Shown in pieces: positions 16,187 through 22,712 of a stretch of DNA of 28,757 bases. The notes below the pieces were generated by a model. The model made no database searches. It saw only the letters and a program-made list of their open reading frames with translations, and was not told the DNA's origin. A program made the position numbers and the translations under genes. This DNA comes from an uncultured Methanosarcinales archaeon (GTDB lineage: Archaea > Nanobdellota > Nanobdellia > Woesearchaeales > UBA11576), in assembly GCA_964572875.1 (NCBI GenBank), contig CAZNGE010000008.1, forward strand, positions 5,753-34,509, written 5' to 3'. Positions within the stretch are counted from its first letter, which is position 1. Each line of letters opens with the position of its first letter.

Positions 16187-17590
16187 ATGGCAGATGATGA
16201 TCAGGATGATAAGGATAGCAACCCTTTCGATTGGGGCCCGCTTTACCCCTGCGGTGATGATAAAGGGGATGATTGGGGCGGGAAAGCGGATGGGAAGGGA
16301 AGCAAGAGCCGCATAGACTTTCTCATGCCGCCTCTTCTCGGAGGCAGGGACAGGAAGTGCGGATCTGAAGAAAAGCCTAAAGACCCTCCTGAATGGACCC
16401 TTGAGGAGCAGGTCGCATTCCTGCAGAAAGAGCTCGATGAGAAGACGGAAGAGATAGAGCATCTGAAGGCAGAGGTCAATATCTATTCCGGCATGGTCGA
16501 TGATTATGAGGAGAAGATAGAGAAGACGAACCAGAAGATAATAGAGCATAACGAGAACATCAGGAAATGGCGCGCGGCGCATGAGGTGCTGAAGAAGCAG
16601 AATGAAGAGCTGACGAAACGGCGCGGGTCCATGCAGAAGGACGGGAAAGTGAGTGAGACATTCGCGGACCTGCAGGATATCGAGAAGGAGGTAGTTGACT
16701 TCAGGAAGCAGGACATACGGTTCGATGACGTGGGAGGAATAGGAAGAATAAGGGGCAAGATAGACGAGTTCGCCGCAGGCATAAAACATTATGATATGCA
16801 TGAGCAGTTCGCACTGGACGCACCGAGAGGCCTGCTTCTCCACGGGCCGCCGGGCTGCGGAAAGACCATGCTTGCGATGGCGATGGCCAATGAGATGGAG
16901 TGCGATTTCCTTCTTCTGCCGCCTACAAGGATAGGCAGCGGCATAGTGACGCGTTCATCGAGGCGGCTCGAGTTCGTGCTGAAAAAGTTCGTAGAGAAAT
17001 TCCGGAAGGACAGGATACCTACGATGATATTCGTGGATGAGGCCGACGGGATGCTCAAGAAGAGGGGATCGGCATTCGGCGTCAGCACATACGACGACAT
17101 AGTCAATGTCTGGCTCCGCTATCTCCAGGGGTCTGAGGATAATGAGGGCCTGATACTTGTCGCTGCGACGAACAGGTTCGACATGGTTGATGATGCTATC
17201 GTGAGGGCGGGCAGGGTGAACTATGTGCTGGAGGTCCCGAAGCCTGACAGGACAGGCGTCGAGGACATACTCCGGAAGCAGGTCATATACCGCCATCGCA
17301 GGGCGAAGAGGGAGTTCTACATGATAGATGATTACTCCAGGCTTGCAGACATGCTTTACGGGAAGCAGGCGAGCGGTGCTGACATCGCAGCAGTCCTTGA
17401 GCAGCCTGCAAGGGGGAGGATACTGCAGTTCGCAGAGCTGCCTGAAGACATACCCATATCTGCCGATGATGTGCTGATATGCCAGCAGGAGCTTGAGGAG
17501 GCCGTGCGCAATTACGCGCCTTCAGACATGATGCGCAGGAAGGAGCCTATAGGCTTCGGCAAGGGAGGGCGTCAGGTGCTTGTTGGGTGA
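16187..17590 (+). CDS. Classic-clade AAA+ ATPase with an acidic N-terminus and a ~80-aa coiled-coil/helical N-domain. It resembles Vps4/CdvC or PAN but has no OB domain.
   Basis: Walker A is GPPGCGKT, Walker B is MIFVDEADG, and the SRH is VAATNRFDMVDDAIVRAGRVNYV. The pre-Walker segment IRFDDVGGIGRIRGKIDEF matches the classic AAA pattern, and a C-terminal lid (GADIAAVLEQ) is present. The ATG at 16187 is preceded by AAAGGTG. The ORF track's GTG start at 16178 is less likely. Confidence 0.8.
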   Translation: MADDDQDDKDSNPFDWGPLYPCGDDKGDDWGGKADGKGSKSRIDFLMPPLLGGRDRKCGSEEKPKDPPEWTLEEQVAFLQKELDEKTEEIEHLKAEVNIYSGMVDDYEEKIEKTNQKIIEHNENIRKWRAAHEVLKKQNEELTKRRGSMQKDGKVSETFADLQDIEKEVVDFRKQDIRFDDVGGIGRIRGKIDEFAAGIKHYDMHEQFALDAPRGLLLHGPPGCGKTMLAMAMANEMECDFLLLPPTRIGSGIVTRSSRRLEFVLKKFVEKFRKDRIPTMIFVDEADGMLKKRGSAFGVSTYDDIVNVWLRYLQGSEDNEGLILVAATNRFDMVDDAIVRAGRVNYVLEVPKPDRTGVEDILRKQVIYRHRRAKREFYMIDDYSRLADMLYGKQASGADIAAVLEQPARGRILQFAELPEDIPISADDVLICQQELEEAVRNYAPSDMMRRKEPIGFGKGGRQVLVG

Positions 17591-17604
17591 TTTTCGGGGG
17601 GATC

Positions 17605-17850
17605 ATGATGATATATCCAGAATTTGATGATTGCGGGCATCTCGTCGAAGAGGCGTTAGATTACGCGAGAGAGCTCGGCATAGGGGCCAATGTTGTCGAT
17701 GCGGTCTTTGACCATGCATACCATGACAACAGGCAGATCTACAAGGCTATAACCGCTCTACCTGACCATGACACCCACCTCAGGCAGGCCAACGTGACCG
17801 TCCAGAAGAAGGTGATGTCAGAGCTTGAGAGGCTCGCGGGAAGGAAGTGA
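17605..17850 (+). CDS. Small (81 aa) helical protein that overlaps and is coupled to the AAA ATPase gene.
   Basis: The start region overlaps the AAA gene stop. The ATG at 17605 is preceded by GGGGGGA. The ORF track's alternative GTG start at 17587 gives an ATGA/GTGA-type overlap with the AAA stop. There is no recognisable domain. Confidence 0.4.
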   Translation: MMIYPEFDDCGHLVEEALDYARELGIGANVVDAVFDHAYHDNRQIYKAITALPDHDTHLRQANVTVQKKVMSELERLAGRK

Positions 17851-17901
17851 AGACAGGATGCATGATGTTCGTGTAATAAGGACAAGGAAAACCATGGAAG
17901 G

Positions 17902-18417
17902 GTGTTAGAGATATACAGGCTTGACGGGACGGAACGGAAGATAATGGACTACGTGACAGAGAATGCGCATGCCACGCCCAAGGAGATAGCCAGGGCTGTC
18001 GACACCGACGAGCAGACCGCAAGGCGCCTGTACAACAGGCTGTTCGCGGAGAACGCGTGCTCGCAGGTTATCCTGCCGAACTACGCGATGCTGGGTTTCA
18101 AGGTGATGATAATCCAGAAGCTCAAGGTGAAGAACAAGTCTTTGCCTGACGTCGCTTTCATCAAGGCGAAGATAGAGTCCGAATGGACCAACTGCATCGA
18201 CTGCCACGAGACATTCGACGGCAAGATATTCGTAAGGAGCGTCTGGAAGAACGCTGAGGAGTTTAAGGATGCCAGGATCCGCCTGCACCAGAAGCATGGC
18301 ATGGAGTGGCTCTCCGGAGAGGAGGTCGACATGGTTCCCTTGAACGAGCAGAGGAGCATATTCAGGGTAAAGAGCCTTTGGGAAAATGAGGTGGAGACTG
18401 AGGAGCCTACGGAATAG
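17902..18417 (+). CDS. Winged-HTH transcription regulator with an Lrp/AsnC-like architecture. Its C-terminal alpha/beta domain carries a conserved CxxCH motif.
   Basis: The N-terminal HTH is KEIARAVDTDEQTARRLYNRL, and a RAM-like segment ILPNYAMLGFKVMIIQKLKV follows. The motif WTNCIDCHETFDGKI is identical in the paralog at 21941. The start is a GTG, supported by conservation of the N-terminus (GTERKI versus NEQKIL) with that paralog. Confidence 0.6.
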   Translation: MLEIYRLDGTERKIMDYVTENAHATPKEIARAVDTDEQTARRLYNRLFAENACSQVILPNYAMLGFKVMIIQKLKVKNKSLPDVAFIKAKIESEWTNCIDCHETFDGKIFVRSVWKNAEEFKDARIRLHQKHGMEWLSGEEVDMVPLNEQRSIFRVKSLWENEVETEEPTE

Positions 18418-18765
18418 GCTGGTGAGGTATCTGCGTATAAAGAGATTCGTTTGGCACACGGCGTTGCTCTCCATTATTTTCGATTTGCGGCAATGGAGGG
18501 CTAAGAGACCGGTTAGCAGGCTCAACATACGGATCATCAGGGTGAGCGACAGGAAAGTCGTGAGGATCCGCTGAGATCCGCTGGACCTACGGGATGACAG
18601 GGACGTGCCGCACAAAAGAGAGGTGACAGGATGAGCACGATAGTCATGCTCTGCATAATCATACTGAAAAAACTACGGTGGGACTCGTAGGATTCCCTTG
18701 ACCTCGCTGAAGGGGATTTCTTGGCGTCTGCCGTCGTAAAGTTGGTTGTGGAAAGGTGTTGGGAA

Positions 18766-20301
18766 ATGTTTTCACGAAGAAAAATAAAGAATAGCGCGAA
18801 GAGCGTGAAGGAGCAGAATGCGGAGAACAGAAGAAAGAGGAAGGTATACGTCGACGAGGGAGGGAATGAGGTCAACATCTCATGGTGGACTCCCTGGAGG
18901 AGCGTCAAGGCTTTCCTGCTGGCTGCGGCGATAGGCACGGCCGGTGCAGGCCTTTACCATTATTTCAGCAGCCGGGCAGCGGTGGACCCGGCGGTGGTCT
19001 CGCATATGGAGGAGGTGAATGATGAGTTCTCTCTGTATGATTCTTACAGTCCATTGATCACACCTCTTGAGAGCATTGTCTCTCCTGGCAGCAGGGGGAA
19101 CATAATCAAGGATTCTGTCGTGATGTATGGAATACAGTCAGACAGGAAGAACATGGCTGTCAGGTCGATGAAGAGGTTCACCAATTGTTCGGATGAACCG
19201 GGTCATGAGGTGAATATCAGCGACAAGCGCCCGTTCATAAGGCCTGTCGATACAGGACAGGAACTGTACATCCAGTCTGCTGTCAGGATAAGCGGCATGG
19301 ATTTTGATGACCTTGAAGGCATCGTCAGCAGGAAGGCGGGGATACGGATAATTCCCGGGGTTCCTGAGATACTGCCCTATTATTTCAGCATAGACACCGT
19401 GAGCATCAACTCCAAAGGGATTCCGATGAAGTATGTCGAGGCCAGGAATCCTGATGGCAGGGTGGGCAGGCTGCACTACTATGTTGATCTCAGGGGCCTT
19501 GTCAGGGACAACGTGCTCGACGAGAGTGATTTCAAAGACCCCATTGACATAAGCATAGACTCGTCGATAGAGGTCATGGAGATAAGGCGATTGTATGAGG
19601 GTGATGTTGCAGGCATGTTCGCCTACAAGGCCATGCCTGAGTATCTGAGGAGATTCACCGAAAAGACCAGCGAGCTGCCGATTGGAAACCCGTGCATAAA
19701 GAAGATTGTCGATGCATATGATGGCCAGAAGTTGAATGTGCTTGATATTGTGGATTATGCACTGAGGGTCACAGGACAGGCATTCAGCTATAAGGTTCAG
19801 GACGAGGGCCAGGATCTTATGGATCTGGTCAGGAAGGGGGAAGCTGACTGCGAATACTACTCGAAATTATTCGTGACCGTGCTGCGCGCGTTCGGCGTAC
19901 CTGCGCGGCCTGCAGAAGGGCCGATCATGAAAGATGATGGTTCTGGTTTCAGGGGGAGACATGAGTGGGTTGAGGTCCTCCTTCCTTTCAAGGATGGCTC
20001 GTACAGGTGGGTCCTGGCAGAGCCTACATGGGCCGATGACAGTCCTGTGCCTGATGATTTCATAAATTATGTCGACGGCAGATACCTGTACAGCTTCGAC
20101 TTCGACGTTCAGCTGGACACGGGTGGCGATTCAGGCACGTTCTATGTCCTTCAGGACCATCGATGGCATTCGACGCGCGTGGAGGATCTCGATGCTGAGA
20201 TCAGCGATGATGGGGAGGCGCAGGATATGGTGGAAGCCGGGGCAAGGATGGATATGCCTCCGCTCGAGATGATAGTCCGGAAGAGGGCAGGTGGTGAATG
20301 A
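18766..20301 (+). CDS. Membrane-anchored transglutaminase-like (TGc) cysteine-protease-fold protein, ~511 aa.
   Basis: It has a positively charged N-terminus, one TM (AFLLAAAIGTAGAGLYHYF) and then an extracytoplasmic domain. The TGc core is GEADCEYYSKLFVTVLRAFGVPAR...RHEWVEVLL...WVLAEPT (Cys-His-Asp/Glu triad). The ATG at 18766 is preceded by GGAAAGGTG. The ORF track's TTG start at 18721 is less likely. Confidence 0.65.
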   Translation: MFSRRKIKNSAKSVKEQNAENRRKRKVYVDEGGNEVNISWWTPWRSVKAFLLAAAIGTAGAGLYHYFSSRAAVDPAVVSHMEEVNDEFSLYDSYSPLITPLESIVSPGSRGNIIKDSVVMYGIQSDRKNMAVRSMKRFTNCSDEPGHEVNISDKRPFIRPVDTGQELYIQSAVRISGMDFDDLEGIVSRKAGIRIIPGVPEILPYYFSIDTVSINSKGIPMKYVEARNPDGRVGRLHYYVDLRGLVRDNVLDESDFKDPIDISIDSSIEVMEIRRLYEGDVAGMFAYKAMPEYLRRFTEKTSELPIGNPCIKKIVDAYDGQKLNVLDIVDYALRVTGQAFSYKVQDEGQDLMDLVRKGEADCEYYSKLFVTVLRAFGVPARPAEGPIMKDDGSGFRGRHEWVEVLLPFKDGSYRWVLAEPTWADDSPVPDDFINYVDGRYLYSFDFDVQLDTGGDSGTFYVLQDHRWHSTRVEDLDAEISDDGEAQDMVEAGARMDMPPLEMIVRKRAGGE

Positions 20302-21263
20302 TGACATTTGTCGATTCAATCATGGAGTATATGGACAAGTTCCGCTTCTGGGAGATAGTCTATGAGTACAAGCAGGGCCTGCATTTCAGGAAAGGCAGTG
20401 TCATAAAGAGGAAGGTAAGATGTGACAAGGAGCTTGTGAAGAAGAACCTTGACAGGATAGTCCGGGAGGAGAACAAGGCAATGCGTGATAATGGAGGCGC
20501 GTGGAAGTACGTCCTCCCTTTCAGCAGGCCGGAGATTCCTGAGAGTTTCAGGAGGTCTTTCCTCACTGGCAAGCTGAAGTACAGGCATCGGCGTGACAAG
20601 GCACGGGGTAAGGAGGTTCCTCCGGGTACTTCAGGCACCCGCCAGCTTGATTTTCTTCAGATGGCGATTGATGAGGAGCGGTTAATGAAGGAGAATGGGG
20701 GTGTGTGGAGATATGTCCTGCCTCTGTTCAGGCCGGATGTACCTGAAGGGTATACCCGGTCAATAATCACGGGCAGGCTTGAGCACGAGGGCAGGTACAG
20801 CAAGATACTCAGGCAGGGGCTCTATCTTTACGTACCTTTCCTGGATGATATAGTTGCGGAGGACGTAAAGGAGAGGGTCATGGACCTTCAGAACATCAGC
20901 GTTCCCACAAGTGAGAAAGGGGATGAGAGCAGGGTCATGTCTGTCAGCTGCGCTATCCGTTACGAGATACAGGATTTCTACAAGGCCCATACCAAGGTGC
21001 ATGATTATGAGAACACATTGCAGGACTACACGATAGCAGAGCTTGCCAAGCACATAAGAGGATGGAACTATGAGAGTTGGAAGATGGCAGATGTCATCAA
21101 GAACATAGAGACAGATGTCCTGAAGGCATTGAGGAAGACAGCCACGCGTAGATGGGGAATCAAGATCCATGACTTCTATATAACGGATCATATCAGCTCT
21201 GATGTCAAGAGACTGCTGCATGAGGGATTAGAAGCCCCGATAGCAGCGGCAGTTGGGGAATAG
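20298..21263 (+). CDS. SPFH/band-7 (stomatin/prohibitin-like) domain protein with no N-terminal TM and a ~120-aa internal tandem repeat inserted in the domain.
   Basis: The N-terminus FWEIVYEYKQGLHFRKGSVIKR matches the SPFH start. The insertion is two copies of NGG(A/V)W(K/R)YVLP(F/L)(S/F)RP(E/D)(I/V)PE...(T/I)TG(K/R)L. The domain then resumes with YVPFLDDIV...WGIKIHDFYITDHI (compare WGIKVERVEIKDI of stomatins). The gene overlaps the transglutaminase gene by 4 bp (ATGA). Confidence 0.6.
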   Translation: MMTFVDSIMEYMDKFRFWEIVYEYKQGLHFRKGSVIKRKVRCDKELVKKNLDRIVREENKAMRDNGGAWKYVLPFSRPEIPESFRRSFLTGKLKYRHRRDKARGKEVPPGTSGTRQLDFLQMAIDEERLMKENGGVWRYVLPLFRPDVPEGYTRSIITGRLEHEGRYSKILRQGLYLYVPFLDDIVAEDVKERVMDLQNISVPTSEKGDESRVMSVSCAIRYEIQDFYKAHTKVHDYENTLQDYTIAELAKHIRGWNYESWKMADVIKNIETDVLKALRKTATRRWGIKIHDFYITDHISSDVKRLLHEGLEAPIAAAVGE

Positions 21264-21282
21264 CAGGGTGCAGAAATGTCTT

Positions 21283-21298
21283 ATTTTTTCTTTTTTAA
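21283..21298 (+). terminator. Oligo-T archaeal terminator following the SPFH gene.
   Basis: TCTTATTTTTTCTTTTTT lies immediately 3' of the stop at 21263. Confidence 0.5.
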
Positions 21299-21352
21299 CA
21301 AAGAAATAGCTCAGCAGCAGGAAGGCTGGGATTGAGATAAAGGGGGATTTCT

Positions 21353-21727
21353 TCAGGCGGCATATGCCGCAGTGACTAGTGCGAACAGCACGACACCGAT
21401 TCCGACAAACACCCAGTTCAGCACGTTCATATTCTTGACATGCCATCTTATCATGGCAAATCGTACAGCTATCAGGACATGGCATATGGATGCGAATGCC
21501 ATGGGAATTGTCAGGTAATCATGTATCTGGAAAGAGATAGCCCTGTGCATCAGCCCGCCAGTCCATTTATAGATGAAGCCTGATTTGGTTATGCCGAATC
21601 CTGAGACAAAATACAGCATTATAAAGACCAGCAGCGCCCAGGCGCAGAACCTGCCGAAACGTACGATAAAGCCTTCAAAGCTCGCAGAATGTTTTTTTTC
21701 AGGTATCTCGCGCTCTTTTTTTATCAT
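21353..21727 (-). CDS. Small (124 aa) three-TM membrane protein with several conserved-looking His residues.
   Basis: The hydrophobic helices are FCAWALLVFIMLYFVSGF, LTIPMAFASICHVLIAVRF and VLNWVFVGIGVVLFALVTAAYAA. Its family is unknown. Confidence 0.45.
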   Translation of the reverse strand: MIKKEREIPEKKHSASFEGFIVRFGRFCAWALLVFIMLYFVSGFGITKSGFIYKWTGGLMHRAISFQIHDYLTIPMAFASICHVLIAVRFAMIRWHVKNMNVLNWVFVGIGVVLFALVTAAYAA

Positions 21728-21831
21728 TTCGCAATGCCTGTGCGTGCCTTATTATTATATATTTTACCATTTGAGGCAGTTTTCTGACGGGTTTATAAAT
21801 GAAGAGCCGTGATTCTTTCTATCAAACGCCT

Positions 21832-21855
21832 AAAAATGCACGGTTTTTTGCATTT
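21832..21855. promoter_or_regulatory. Palindrome AAAATGCA-N8-TGCATTTT, a candidate operator about 100 bp upstream of the CxxCH regulator paralog. A TATA box (CTTTATAAGT) lies at 21886-21895.
   Basis: The 8-bp arms are perfect inverted repeats. The TATA box and the SD (GGAGGGCG) precede the ATG at 21941. Confidence 0.4.
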
Positions 21856-21940
21856 TCTGCGCAATAATGTATTTTTTGATACGAACCTTTATAAGTTTTA
21901 TTTACGTATTTATTTGCGGGGTTGTAGTTGGAGGGCGTGA

Positions 21941-22429
21941 ATGTCGGGCAATACAAGATCCTTGAAAGCCAATGAGCAGAAGATCCTGCGCCTGCTCATG
22001 GACAATAAAGGACATACGTTCAGGGAGATAGCGAAGCAGGTCAACCTGAATGAGGTTTCTGTCAGGAGGATATACAACAAGCTCATGCAGGAGGATGTCT
22101 TCCAATCATTGCACATACCAAACTTCCCGCTTCTCGGCTATAAGATAATGATGCTCCAGCGCATATACATCGCGAGCCCGTTTCTCATCGAGACAAAGAA
22201 CATAATCAGGAACGTGCTTGATGAATGGAACAACTGCGTTGACTGCCACGAGACATATGACGGCAAGATAATAGCCCGCTCTGTATGGAAGAACGCAGAG
22301 GAGTTCAAGAAGGCGCATGCTGACTTCTACAAGAAGTTCGGCACAGAATGGCTCCAGAGGGAGAACATCGACATGATACCGCTCGACAACTCGAGCAGAC
22401 TGATCAGGATAAAGGGCATAGATGTTTGA
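21941..22429 (+). CDS. Winged-HTH Lrp/AsnC-like regulator, a paralog of the 17902 gene with the same CxxCH motif.
   Basis: The HTH is FREIAKQVNLNEVSVRRIYNKL. The segment WNNCVDCHETYDGKIIARSVWKNAEEFKKA is ~80% identical at the DNA level to 18188-18270. The SD is GGAGGG. Confidence 0.65.
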   Translation: MSGNTRSLKANEQKILRLLMDNKGHTFREIAKQVNLNEVSVRRIYNKLMQEDVFQSLHIPNFPLLGYKIMMLQRIYIASPFLIETKNIIRNVLDEWNNCVDCHETYDGKIIARSVWKNAEEFKKAHADFYKKFGTEWLQRENIDMIPLDNSSRLIRIKGIDV

Positions 22430-22712
22430 GCAAAGGTATATGATATTCAAGATATTCACATTTCACAGTATTGAGTGCGTGTTTCCCGAAAAAGAGGTCT
22501 TGATAGGCGTTCAAAAGGTGTTCGCAGCTAGCCAGCATTAGCTATGCGCACCAACAGGTTCATGCTTCCATGCTGTTAATGTTTACCGGATGCAACGCAA
22601 GGTGTTTCAATGGGTGAAGCAGGTAAGAGGCGATGGTATGATCCAGCTCTATGGATTGGTGCTGTCCGAAGGCTGAATAGATCTGTTCTGTATACTTTGG
22701 AGGCCATCTGAT

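Noticed and set aside
16172-17296. Minus-strand ORFs of 223, 105 and 113 aa.
   Set aside because: They are antisense to the well-supported AAA ATPase gene, which has Walker A/B and SRH motifs in frame.
18188-18205. The CxxCH motif as a c-type cytochrome haem-binding site.
   Set aside because: The protein has an N-terminal wHTH and no signal peptide. It is a cytoplasmic regulator, so covalent haem attachment is implausible. It is more likely a metal or redox ligand set.
17905-18615. A 236-aa minus-strand ORF.
   Set aside because: It is antisense to the wHTH regulator gene and has low-complexity Leu/Ser-rich content.
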